DNA from: Octopus sinensis
Taxonomy: Eukaryota
Length of the DNA stretch: 64,000 nucleotides
Assembly (NCBI RefSeq): GCF_006345805.1
Contig: NC_043019.1
Span: 23,993,360-24,057,359 of the forward strand
Direction: 5' to 3'
Part shown: positions 38,700 to 52,139 of the stretch, in pieces
How the letters are laid out: each line of letters starts with the position of its first letter
How positions within the stretch are numbered: position 1 is the first letter of the stretch
Position numbers and translations under genes: made by a program
Notes under the pieces: model-generated
Told to the model about the DNA's origin: nothing
Seen by the model: only the letters and a program-made list of their open reading frames with translations
Databases searched by the model: none

Positions 38700-39720
38700 G
38701 TTTTCGCTAAAGAAGAGTTCCATTTGCGGTTTCTTAATAACCTTAACCATCTTCAGCTTATTTCAGCTGTTGTGCCTGTCTCCGCGGTGACGTTCTTCAG
38801 TTGTCTGCGTATCTTATGAAGGAAATAGCGCACTGCACCAGTTGGAAAGCCGCGGCAGCCGACTTCAGTGGGGAATGAAGCCGCATGCCACTCCCTAAAA
38901 GGGCCCTGTTGACTAAATCTTGATATTTGTTTGTTTTTTTATCTGGTGAGAGATAACGAGTTTGTTCACCCAGGGCGCTGTGGGTTCAACCATGATAATT
39001 GTTTTTGTACTCCTAGGGAGCAGAAACATGTCTGATCGGAGTGAGGTTAACACTATCTTCTCTGGAAAGACAACACTGCCCTTCAGACCCACATACATCT
39101 CCCACTTTGGGGCTGAACGGAAAACAGAAAACTGCCATTGCTTTTTCTTCGGGAGATTTGTCTCCTTTCTTTAGTAATTTGATACCCTTTGGTGGTGGTG
39201 GAAGGTGGCTAGTGATAATGAGCCTCCCTCTTCCTTTGCAGATCAGTTCCCTTGGCAATTCAGTTTGTGCAAGGACTTTGTCATGTCTCCACTTGTATCA
39301 GCCTTTTCCCAATGCCCTGAGACATCCGGTCAAAATATGGTTCAAGGAACGAAGAATTACACTGCACCGTTTGAAGGATGGGTCTTCTTCTTTGCCCCAT
39401 ATTTCAAAGTTATTTGGTGTTGGCAAGAGATCAGTGACAGCATGAAGGAGGAAGGACGATCTTTCTTGGTCATTGCTCTAGAGTTCCTTCCAGAATAGCG
39501 ATCCTACTCTATTGTATATGATGGGCAAACCCTTCTACAATTGACTATTATTGAATCACGGATCCTTTGCACTATGAGCTCCCTCTGTCTCTTGGTGCTG
39601 TAGCCAAGTGTTAGCCGTCCAACTACTCCAAACTAACACCTCGTGTTTTCAGTATGTCTCCGCTTTCTTCATAGCTTTCTGAGGCCCCATTTTCTGTCAC
39701 ACTTTATTGTCTTGGCGCGT
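38700..39720 (-). mobile_element. Decayed HERO-like RLE non-LTR retrotransposon, 3' part
   Basis: DLLPTPNNFEIWGKEEDPSFKRC..SLNHILTGCLRALGKG*YKWRHDKVL, FPEKIVLTSLRSDM, MVEPTAPW and FPTEVGCRGF (CCHC plus PD-(D/E)xK RLE). Confidence 0.8.
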
Positions 39721-39889
39721 CTGAATTTTTATATACATATGTATATATTTGCATAAAGAAAAAAAAACACACACACACGCGCGCGCACACACATATATAT
39801 ATATACTTTTATATGCATCTCTGTTTGTGTATAAATATGTCTGTGTGTGTGAGTGTGAGAGAGAGGGGGAAGTGTGTATGTGTGTGTGC

Positions 39890-39958
<69 letters not shown>

Positions 39959-40026
39959 TGAGTGTGTGAGATAAAATATTTCGTAAAAGTAGTGAGAATG
40001 TTATTGGCATTATATTAATTTTAGCA

Positions 40027-40217
40027 GTGTATCTGATGGTCAGTGGCAAGAGAGGAAGAGGCCGACCAGGAACCCGCTGGCTTGACACCATCAAGAGTGA
40101 TACCGGAATGGACATAGCCAATCTGAAAGAAGCGGCCCAGGATAGAACTGACTGGAAGACACTGATCCATCGAGTAACCGAGAGTCGACTTCGACTGAGC
40201 GGATAGATAGATAGATC
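40027..40217 (+). mobile_element. RTE LINE 3' end with (GATA)n tail
   Basis: GKRGRGRPGTRWLDTIKSDTG...AAQDRTDWKTLIHRVTESRLRLSG*. Confidence 0.85.
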
Positions 40218-41490
40218 TGATGAAATAGATGTAATTCATATTACAACATATGTCGCACTCAACCCCACCTCCCGCACAAGGTACACGCATTTCTATGAGT
40301 GGTTGTATTAAAAGTATACCTCTACACGTGTACATTAGTATATACACACATCCACACAGCAAATTGTAAAAATTTGCTATACAACGTTTTACAGAAACAA
40401 ATTTGCTTTAAGATTTAATAATAATTATAAATAATTAAAACACGATACAATTGAAGCCATTTGTTGCTTCTGCTTCTGTCAACGACATTCGAATAAATAT
40501 AAACATTATGATAACCTGTTGTAGCTTCTGCATTGTCCCAGTGAAAGACCTTTCGGTTTCCATGGATAGTAATCACATACGGGTAGAAGTTTTGTCTAAT
40601 GCTATCGGATGTATTTTCATTACTAGCACACTTTTTTTTCGATGGGTTTATATATTTAACGATTGAAAATTGGCGAATTCCGATTTTATGCTTTCAATAA
40701 AGCAATTCGCTACTTCTGGATATTTTATATGAAGCCCTGGGATTTGCTTGGATTTTGTATTAACGTTTTATGTTTATTTACCTGTATCTAGTGAAGTGTC
40801 AAAGCGGCAGAGATCATAGCCAATAGTTGCGTTGTTGGCCTAAGTCGGTGCTTTCTAATTCATGTTCCTTTTTTTCTATTTTTACTGAAATCGAGGGTTT
40901 ATGATAGGTGTGAAAGATTGGTCATAAAGTCAGTGGAGGACAAGCAAGGAAACGTAGAAGAGGAAGTGATAGTTTTCATATTATTTTACGAAGTCACTCT
41001 TTAAAGTTCATTTCTTTATATCATACAATACAACTTCTGTCAAAACGTTGACTATATTGAGGTAAAACAGTCGCTCTCAGATTAAAATGAAAACACTCCA
41101 CGCATATAGGAAGATAATGTCAAAAACAACAAAAAAGCCACCCATGTAGATCGCTCGTGCGGAAGGTAATGTAGAGATTACTAAATTGCTCACAGGCAGA
41201 GAAATGTTAAAACTATAAAGTTACTCTAGCCTTTACGGCACTTATCAGTATTTATATAGGTATAGAAATTAAACGAATATAAATGTTTTCAAATAATGAA
41301 AATACAAAAGAAAAGAGAAATCTATAGCTTTATTATTGTTCATAAGAAATATTTAATGCTTGGAAGATGAAGGGAAAGTGTACTGAAGTCCCGAATAAAA
41401 CATTTGATTAAACAGCAGAGAAAATAATACTTAAACTATATATACAGACGCACACACATACACATATAGTTCGAGTATCATATGTATATA

Positions 41491-41534
<44 letters not shown>

Positions 41535-42359
41535 TAGTTCGAGTATTCTATGTATACACACACAAATACACACATATATATGAATAGATGTATACATACA
41601 TACATAAACTACAAAAACGCATACATAGATACATACATATATTCATATGTTTATATATACGTACGTGTGTTTATGTGTGCGTGTGTGTATGAGTATGAGC
41701 AACCTATGATGTCCCCTCTTTCAACTACATTCACTTTCTCTATATATTATTCTTCCTTTATTAAATGAATGTAAATTTATTTCAAAAATATTTTCTAAGA
41801 AGAGTTATTGTTTTTCTTAATATCTATTGAGTGGAAGTCTCCTTTTTATCTTCGCTTAGGTTTTGTGAATAAAGTCTAGTAATTAACGATCGTTACTGTA
41901 TGGAACATGTTAAGATGAAAGATCATAGACTTAGTTATTCTATTCTTTTGTATTATATATAGAAACAACATAGAAACAACAGTGAATCTTCCAACGGATC
42001 GACCCTTGCTCCGTCGTATTTCTGACGCAAAAAGTGTCAAAGCTGTATATTTGAAACTCAGCGCAGAGCAAACAGCATAAGAAAGCTTATTAGAAACATG
42101 ACATTAATTAGCGAATATGGTATTAATTAGTAAGTAGAGCAAAAATAAAACGAGAAAATGAATACTTGATTAAATATTTCGTGATGATAAAATTGATGCC
42201 AATTGGAACACATATTTGCAATAATTGTCTTTAATTTAACGATCTTTACTGCGTTTCAAGCAAAACCTAATAAACTATGATATAGTCGGCACTCGCGAAA
42301 AGAAATAAAAACAATTGAATAAAGAGTTAAGATTTTAGAAATTTGTGAGGAATTACAAC

Positions 42360-43010
42360 CGTGTTTCGTGGTCTGCTACCACAAGAGCTCCTTTATAGGA
42401 TCCAGTTAGCTCAAGACATCATCAGGAGGAACCACGTCCGGTTTCGGCTCCTATTACTCTACCGTTTTGACGTGGCGCCCCACCCCCTTTCGGAGGTGTC
42501 TTCAGCTCTGGTGTTGGGTGCATGTCTTCTTTCTTCTTCTTGTAATGCTAATCTTATTCTAATCCTAATTAGATAACATATCAAGTAGGTAAAAGTATTC
42601 AATGGGGCCAGCATAAACCCTTCACAAGGGTTTATATTCTGCTGAAATTTACTTCTTACAACTAACTGTCGCAACTTTTGGGAATAGATATTGTTGACAG
42701 TCTTCTAGGATTGACTTGTTGATAGATAAATATGTAGCATAGGCTGAAAGCCATTGTTACATCGTTACATCTGCTGTTGAAGACTCGCTTCTCGCTTCCC
42801 GCATCTACTAGGTATTTCCTACAGACGTTGATTTCCTGTCATTGAAACTGAACGTAAACTGTTTCGATCTCACCAGTCTGAGATGATCAGCAAAGTTCAC
42901 GACACTTGTCACTTCTACATAAAATTTGTTACTTGCTTCACAGTCCATATTGATCATTTCTGCATGTAATAGAGACCAAGCACATTTCAATTGAAGAACT
43001 TTTTATGAAA
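42360..43010 (-). mobile_element. Decayed Penelope-like (GIY-YIG) 3' fragment
   Basis: Frameshifted SITCRN..QY / KFYVEVTS (GIY-YIG-like) upstream of a terminal region with hammerhead-like remnants. Confidence 0.35.
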
Positions 43011-43370
43011 TTTCGTCAAAGCAGTTATTGTAATTTGACGAGTGTCAATGCCGCTGCATTATAATAATTATGGTGTTCGCTCTGAAACGAATTAACTTTG
43101 TTTGAACAGTTGGCGTCATTCATGTTAGAAACGGATTCAACAACGAAGCTTCTAAATTAGTGATTTTCAAACGTTTATTAATAGACGGCACACACCAAAT
43201 GAAGGTGCAAATGACACATTGTCACATCAACAGATTTTAAAAGTTCTGTCTGTCTGTCTGTTTGTCTCTATGCCAGTATTATAATTGTTTTATAATGGAG
43301 ATGGACACACTCGCACACACAAACCTGCACACACATATCTACACGCACACACACATCTACAAACACACTT

Positions 43371-43425
<55 letters not shown>

Positions 43426-43821
43426 TGCCTATGGACAGACTTAATTGTAAAGGAATTCACAGGCAGTGCTACGGTGTATTAAAAACGCTAATTTTTTTTT
43501 TTAATATCTCAACATTTTTTTCAAATTTCTCAGAAACCAGATAGGTCTGCGAGCCATAAATAATGCACAAGTATGTTACAGTACACTCGCTGGAAACGTC
43601 TGATCTAAAGTGAGAATCTATGTCTTTCAAACTGGAAAGCTTGAAAATATAGATAAATTGTCATTCTTTCCAAAATCAAGTCAGCAAGATGATAAAATTG
43701 AATGCATCAAGGTTTATGGTATTCGATAATTACGCCCTCCTTTCACCATCTAAAATGACATGCGATATTTAAACAACGACAGTTCACTAACATAATCATA
43801 AAATGAACAAACCTCTTCTCT

Positions 43822-44024
43822 TACTCTTTTACTTGTTTCAATCATTTGACTGCGGCCATGCTGGAGCACCGCCTTTAGTCGAGCAAATCGACCCCGGGAC
43901 TTATTCTTTGTAAGCCCAGTACTTATTCTATCGGTCTCTTTTGCCGAACCGCTAAATGACGGGGACGTAAACACACCAGCATCGGTTGTCAAGCAATGCT
44001 AGGGGGACAAACACAGACACACAA

Positions 44025-44062
<38 letters not shown>

Positions 44063-44245
44063 TCATATATATACATATATACGACAGGCTTCTTTCAGTT
44101 TCCGTCTACCAAATCCACTCACAAGGCATTGGTCGGCCCGGAGCTATAGCAGAAGACACTTACCCAAGATGCCACGCAGTGGGACTGAACCCGGAACCAT
44201 GTGGTTGGTTAGCAAGCTACTTACCACACAGCCACTCCTGCGTCT
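43822..44245 (-). mobile_element. Full-length family B SINE
   Basis: Near-identical to 6584-6972. Confidence 0.9.
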
Positions 44246-44951
44246 ATTTGCATAAACTTCAAGTCTTACCATATTCTCCACTGTTTATCGTCTCCTTTCT
44301 ATCCTAGCATTATAATGTTCATCAGTCTTCGAAATTTGTTGTTTTCATTTCTCTTTATCGCCGGAGGATATCATATTGCACCTGTCAATAAAACTTCCAC
44401 CACCAAGTATATCTCTCTTTCAAACAAAACTCTATATGTTGTTCTTTCGAAGTGCGTGTCTTTGCTACTTCCTCTTTTCAATCGTTCACTTTAGGAAATT
44501 GAGTAAAGGAAGCATTGCTTCCAGGTTAGCTACAAGCATATTAGGGCTAAAATTAGGGCTAAAACCAGAGAATAAACTCCCGTATTAAGAAAAGGAGAAC
44601 AGTCCAAATAAAGAAAATGCATATTTATGGTTTTAAAATTTGAAGAGTGTAATAGTAATGAAAGCATTAAAGATCATTAATTAATGAACTGACTGTGATG
44701 TAAGTAGTGTTCAATTCTAAAGGTTTTATGTGTGTGTGTGTGTGTCTGTGTGTGCTTGTGTGTGTGTGTAAAGAGAGGTGTACAAAAAAAAAGAAAGAGC
44801 ACTCAACACAAGTCGCGGAAGTTATATATTGTGTCAAGAGTTTGTGACTTAGCTTTGCATAATCGAAAGTTCTTCAGACGCTATAAACACATCGTTGAAT
44901 ATGATGTAAGAGTAAATTACACCATGTCAACGCACACTTACTTGCACACGC

Positions 44952-45022
<71 letters not shown>

Positions 45023-45835
45023 CAGATAGAAATATTTACTGAAATTTCATTTTGATGATTTTCAGAGCGAAGAGTAAGAAAGAAAAATCAAGGGGAATTC
45101 ATGAAAATTTTAAAATTCCATTTATGATTTAAACAGTCGATCCTTGCCTAAAGCAATCGAAGTAATCGGCCGGGAAAATTTCCAGCGCCATTAATTTAAT
45201 TTGTTAAATCAGTGACTGAAAATCCTCATATTTTTATAATTCTAAGATTAGGTAAAATAGGATTCTGAGATCCCGCTTTACATTGCATGGCACAATCTAA
45301 TCATTGCTCAGTTGAGTTTTCACTGTTATCTGCATTGTTTTTGACATGAAACCACATTATTTCTAATTTATGATTTTTGCCTTTGCGGATGTAATTTTAG
45401 TAGACAAATTTTGGGTGTTGATTATGTTAAACCACTCTTAAGTACATTACTATGGATTATGTTAAAACCACATTTTAAGATAATTTATAAAAGAGTTCGA
45501 AAGTTTTAGAATAATCTTGAATTTATTTGCAGTTCATTCAATCTCTGATTTTAATATCTATTTTCAAAATTGGATAAGAAAGAATGTCATCTGTCGATAC
45601 CGCCTATAAGTATAATTTAAATACCGGTATGTTTATGATAATTGGTAGACATTATTCTTTCCTAAAAAACTGAAAATAAAAAAGTACTTCCGCACGAAGT
45701 GTTCATGTAGGTTTTATTGACAGGTGCAATATGATATCCTCCGGCGTTAAATAACATACTAAATATAAGAATAATTTCTAATATAGGCAACTTTACAAAG
45801 AAAATGACGGTGGTATCGATCTTACCCCTTATAAT

Positions 45836-46055
45836 CGCAGAATCGTTAGCACGCCGGGCGAAATGCTTTGTGGTATTTCGTCCGCCGCTGCGTTCTGAGT
45901 TCAAATTCCGCCGAGGTCGACTTTGCCGTTCATCCTTTCGGGGTCGATTAAATAAGTACCAGTTACGCACTGGGGTCGATATAATCGACTTAATCCGTCA
46001 GTCTGTCCTTGTTTATCTCCTCTGTGTTTGGCCCCTTGTGGGTAGTAAAGAAATA
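45836..46055 (+). mobile_element. Family A SINE
   Basis: Family consensus; 14-bp flanking duplication GGTATCGATCTTAC (45812-45825, 46056-46069). Confidence 0.9.
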
Positions 46056-46402
46056 GGTATCGATCTTACTGCTTATATTATCAGCCTTGAATGGATGAAA
46101 GTCATAGTCGACTTTGGCGTGATTTGAACTCACATTTAAAGAGCCGTTAAGAAATACAACAGAGCATTTATTTCGACACTCTACCGGAAACTAGGAATTT
46201 CCAAGAGAAAGGTGTTGCCCATTTTTCATGGTATGGCTTTTACAAATTTTATAAAACCAAAGCCAAAGCGCAAGTAACATTGTCTCGATTGTGAGACAAT
46301 TATCTGAAACAGGAGAATACATTCTAAATCTATTCACATCATAGAAAAGTCACAAGACTTGAGACTGTATCTAAGTTTCTTTAAAGGATTTTGTCAGGAT
46401 TT

Positions 46403-46628
46403 ACCGAAGGAGAGGAGCTTTCTCCGTCCGGGTTGCGGATCCGTGGAACAAGCTGCCAGACGAGATGGTGAAGATGCCGACGACCGCTTTGTTCAAAGCC
46501 TCCCTTGACCTCATGTGGCCTGAACTCTTTACATGAACACCACCCTGTACTTAACTCCATGTCCCCCTACATGGCCTTGCTATTTGCTTTTGAGCCAAAT
46601 TAACTAACTAACTAACTAACTAACTAAC
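46403..46628 (+). mobile_element. CR1-clade LINE 3' end with (CTAA)n tail
   Basis: AFSVRVADPWNKLPDEMVKMPTTALFKASLD...PELFT*, then 3' UTR and (TAAC)n. Confidence 0.85.
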
Positions 46629-48646
46629 ATGAGTGCAATATTCTTTTCATTCTTCTATTTCTTTTTAAAACCTAAGCGATTCATCAGTCGACTAAGGGAT
46701 CTGCGGGAAATGCCTAGTTCATTGGAAGCCCTTTTTTATGATTTCTGGGGACTTCGAGTTCCACTCATATTAAGGAACTGTATATCTACTGTTCCCCACA
46801 CTTGTATATTTTCCGAACTCAATAATATGTAAGAGTAAATATTTGTTGTTTTATATTCGATCATCGTCCATTGCCTGTACATGCATTATTGAGATGCTGA
46901 TTTACAAGATTTTTGTTTATACAAAATATATCTTATGATGGTGTATATAAAAAAGGTCTTCTTTTTACAGATTTCGGAGTAAAACCTACAAATCTTAGTC
47001 ACAAATACACAGCGTTCATGAGATTTAATCAATTGTGTAAGGTGTTTGCTTTATATATTTCTTTCGGGAGATTCTGTGTTTGAACCTTCTAACATCTAAA
47101 ATGATCTTTCATAGCAATTATTTATTTTCAATTAAACACTCGCTACCCCGATTTGTTCACAAACCTATTTCTCTGTGAAAATGCATACTGGTCACTATAC
47201 AGATATATTTTATTCGTCGCTTTCAATTTTTCATTAAAATAATCTAATGTGATTTCAGGTCATCAGGCTATGGATTATACTAATATAAACACACTGCTAT
47301 CCACCAAGAAAATCTACCAGTATCGTAAACAGTTAAATATGTGCAGTTAGAGTTAAAACAAATTTAAAAGATTAAATACATTTTAGATCACACCACTCCT
47401 TTTGATTGTTTAAAAATGTCACCTCCGGCAACTTTAATCTACCTTCATTCTTTTTTCTTTTTGCCGATCAAATAAACAAATCAAAATGTTACCGGAACAA
47501 ATAAAAATGTTTCAAAACATATAAATAGCCCTTCAACTGATCAATCAGAAAATTCCAACTCTACGCTTTGTTCATTCGACCTTATCCCAGTTAGATCTTT
47601 TTTAGTACTTTGATGTATTTACTTCACTTGTTCTATATGCTTTCTCTCGTTTCACTAATAAGTTGCCTGTAAAGAATGCCAGGGACTGGAAAATAAAAGG
47701 AAAGTAAAATAATATTAGCAATAAAAAAACGAACGTCCGCATTAAATAAGAACAATAATCAAAAGAAAAGTAGCACATCTAAGCTAGTCGCCAGAAAAAA
47801 GAAAAGGTAAATAATGAAGACGGAAAATATGCTGTAAACGAAGCTAAAAGATATTACAAAACAACGTGAAGAGAAGAGATTCAGGAGGTGAACGACAAAT
47901 TAGAGAAATAAAATATGGAGAATAAATGAAAGTTTGTGTTTAATGCCATTTTGGCGAACACGTCCCAGCGCGTTCACTTTTGCCTCTGGTCGGATATTCT
48001 GTAACTTTTAACCTAAAGACCTAAACTATCCTTCATAAAGATAAAAACTAAGAGTATGTATTTTTCTATAAAAAAAAAGGTCTATTGCATGCCACCAATT
48101 GAAACTCCCATTGAGGCTAAATTCAAAGCGAGATGAATTATTTTTCGAAAAGGGTATGGAAAAGTAGGATGGTTTTTGAGGGGAATAAGGATGATTACTA
48201 AGGAAAAGTGTAAATGAGGAGTGCTGATATTGACAAGTGCATGACTTTTATAAAAATATAATTATAGGAAATCTTATATGTATGAATGAATAAACATAAT
48301 CCATGTTCATCTCACATATTTATATACAACTTGCATTGTGGGACATTAACTTCATTTGTTGACGGCTGGAGATACTGGGATTTCGGTACTTCCAACAAAA
48401 CTTTCCATCCATCGTAGGTGTGCAGCTTTGAATAAAACTGGGAATGGCGAGAACTCCACCCACACAACATGTATTATGTCTTACTACTCGTCTTGAATTT
48501 GCTCTTTGTCCTAAGTTTTAATCGCTCGCATGTCTCGGCCACACTCTACATCTCTCTGCAGAGAATTATTGATCTCTGAATTATTGATTTATTATTAATT
48601 CAAGCTACAATGTACAACATTTAAACGTTACTGTAAGCAACGTGCA

Positions 48647-49100
<454 letters not shown>

Positions 49101-49407
49101 AGTGTGATATGATTTTTAACAAGTAGTAATTAGTATAGCACGCAATCAGTTAAGAGAGTAAAGATATTTTAATAAAAGCCACAAAATTAATTACTTTTGC
49201 CGTTTATCAAGCAGATAAAATCAAAGAAACGCCTTATTAAACTGCGTTCGATGCCATCGATGTTAGAATGAGCAGAGGCATTTAGAAAAAGATGGAAAAA
49301 AACACAAGGTAGATTTTAAACTTCACAGTAAATATAAGAAGTGTCTTATGAAAATTACAAAAAGAAACACTGGGATAGATATGATGTTTCCAGTGGTTTA
49401 TCCTTAA

Positions 49408-49705
49408 CTAGCAGTATCGCCCGGCGTTGCTCGGGTTTGTAAGGGAAATAACTATATAACCATTTTTAGAGAGTTACTTCCCTTATATAATAGCAAAAAA
49501 ATGCATTAAAAATGGGAAAAACGATGGTAAATTTTTTTTTTAATCGTAGACTCATCGTAGACGCGTGCTAATACCCAGAAGGGCTCGATATGAATCACGA
49601 CTATAAGATACCCGCCTTTGGTTAAACTGCACCGCAAAATGTGGGAGTAGTTAGGAATCTAAATCGTAGGAGACAGACACACAACTTCACTTTTATATAT
49701 AAAGA
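49408..49705 (-). mobile_element. Non-autonomous Helitron (~300 bp)
   Basis: Minus strand starts TC, ends with hairpin CCCGagcaacgcCGGG then CTAG, and is inserted between A and T. Confidence 0.8.
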
Positions 49706-50667
49706 TTTCTGCTAAGATGTATTTTGTAAAATGCGGGCATGAAGAAAACCTCTTACTCCTGGTAATTACACAGTTACTGGAGGTTCTTAAGTTGTTTAAA
49801 GGATAGTTTCTCAAGCGAGAACATATTTTTGACCTACTGATATAAGGTTTGGTCTTGTATTAAGATTTGACCTCTCTTTCTCTCTTCATCTCTCTCTCTC
49901 TCTTTCTTCCTTTCTGTCACCCTCCCTTTATCTTCCCCTTCTCCTTCCCTCCACTCTCTTTCTATATATATAGAGAGTGGTACTCTCATGAGTGCTACTG
50001 GTAACATGGAATCCACTACAACCTGTTTATGGCCGGGTCGTCGACGACTAAATCGACAGCCCCGCTAAGCTTGGTTGGTGAGGAGTGTTGCTAGAAACCC
50101 AACGGGACTAAAAATGAAAGATCGGGTGAAACTAGAATAGGTTCAACGACTATCTAGCAAACTCACGGACTCTCAGACATTCCGGGTTGATGTAAGATCA
50201 CTAATATAAAACCAGGGAATATCATTGAACATTTTGGGGGTCTTTTGCTCGTGCTTGAGATCATGGTGCTCCCACATATCTGAGTCTACGACTCATTTTC
50301 ATTCTGGATATCTTTCTCTGGATCATGTTAGTAGGGAGGAGAGAGTTTGCAAGATTATATGCAAGTCTTATTCGACCTAAAATCCTAGGATTTGCAATTA
50401 GGGAGGCGATTATCTGATACTCAGTCGAGTATGAGGAGAGTGCCGCGGCGGGCATAGAAGCCGAGGCTGCAAATCCGGGTGATGCCGACTGCTGGTGCAA
50501 TAGTCTCACAGACATTGCCGACGTTTTGCATGGGCAATGCACACTGACGGTCTTCCATCAGCTTCATTTACACACACACACTCTCACTTACACATACATA
50601 TACATATATATATATATATATATACATACATATATATGTATATGTATCTATATATATGTATATATAT

Positions 50668-50732
<65 letters not shown>

Positions 50733-50911
50733 ATATTAGGGAATAAATCCAATTTACAGGGAAAATCAGATTTAGGATTGAATCCAATTTTATAGTAAAA
50801 TATTATATAATATTAATTAGAGACAAAACCACTATTTTGCAAATCAAACAAAGAAAGACTTAATCCAATACATAAAAAAATTTTAATATGAATTAAATAA
50901 AATTATATTCG

Positions 50912-50957
50912 CCACTACAATTGTTTCATGTCTCTTCTCAGGACATTCATCAGGTGG
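50912..50957 (-). ncRNA. Minimal type I hammerhead ribozyme
   Basis: CCAC-CUGAUGA-AUGUC cugagaaga GACAU-GAAA-CAAUUG-UA-GUGG with an intact core. Confidence 0.8.
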
Positions 50958-51195
50958 ATTTCAGATCTTCTATTCTATTTTAAGTTATGAAGTTATATAT
51001 ATATATATATATATATATTAAGTTATATATATATATATATAATGGAGTTAGCGGTTGGAATAACCGTCTAAGGAATAAGAATATCCGTTATTACTACCGG
51101 TATAAATTACCTATGTTAACCCTGGGCATACATATACAACCATATTATGCTCATAGGATACTTCATAACTTAAAATAGAATAGAAGATCTGAAAT

Positions 51196-51241
51196 CCACC
51201 TGATGAATGTCCTGAGAAGAGACATGAAACAATTGTAGTGG
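51196..51241 (+). ncRNA. Minimal type I hammerhead ribozyme (identical second copy)
   Basis: Same 46 nt on the + strand: stem I CCAC/GUGG, stem II AUGUC/GACAU, palindromic stem III ACAAUUGU, GUA cleavage triplet. Confidence 0.8.
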
Positions 51242-51335
51242 CGAATATAATTTTATTTAATTTATATTAAAATTTTTTTATGTATTGGATTAAGTCTTCT
51301 TTGTTTGATTTGCAAAATAGTGGTTTTGTCCCTAA

Positions 51336-51375
<40 letters not shown>

Positions 51376-51807
51376 TATATATATATTATATATATATATA
51401 ATATATATATATATAATAGAGTTAGCGGTTGGAATAACCGTCTAAGGAATAAGAATATCCGTTATTACTACCGGTATAAATTACCTATGTTAACCCTGGG
51501 CATACATATACAACCATATTATGCTCATAGGATACTGGCAATGGCAATGATAAAGAAGAGTTTATCAGGAATAAAATTTAAATTAAGCAGAAAATTGAGA
51601 AACCTTGATCCACAACAATTGACTAACGTTGATTATTATTTTAATACAAAACTTTATCCCATCTATTATTCTCAATATTTTCAATGGCAACACCGTAGGA
51701 CATTGGAAGTAGAAACGGCTGTTAGATGGGATAAACTTTTTGTATTAAAAAATAATACTCAATATTAGTCAATTGTTGTTGATCAAGATTTCACCATATT
51801 CTGATTA

Positions 51808-51851
<44 letters not shown>

Positions 51852-52139
51852 ATGTGTGTGTGTGTGTGTGGTAAGGCTTCAACATATTTAATACTACTCG
51901 ATCACCTAAGAGAGAAAGATAATATGATAAAAATCACAGGTTTTTTTAAATAGGGCTACCCAGGGATTCCTGATCGAAAAAATTTATTTCTTCATTTTTC
52001 AAACTGAGAAGAAGACTGTCTCCCAGTTGCTTTTTAAAGCAGTTGACGTTTAAAGAAGGGACAGTGATAAGAAAGAAGACAAAAAGGATAGCACAAGGGA
52101 TGTAAGCCAGTATTAAAAAGATGTTATCAAAATATTTCT

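Larger units (their letters stand above)
50723..51800. mobile_element. Inverted plus tandem Penelope-like pLTR cluster embedded in (AT)n
   Basis: 50804-50993 is the reverse complement of 51160-51348; 51041-51160 is directly repeated at ~51415-51535; a second hairpin pairs ~51600-51665 with 51723-51795. Confidence 0.75.

Noticed and set aside
42430-42483. Hammerhead on the minus strand (CCACGUC...GAAACCGGACGUGG)
   Set aside because: A stem and GAAAC are present, but the CUGANGA core and NUH triplet are missing in register.
48485-48555. Minus-strand exon with good splice sites
   Set aside because: Stops occur in all three frames; at best non-coding, and unsupported.
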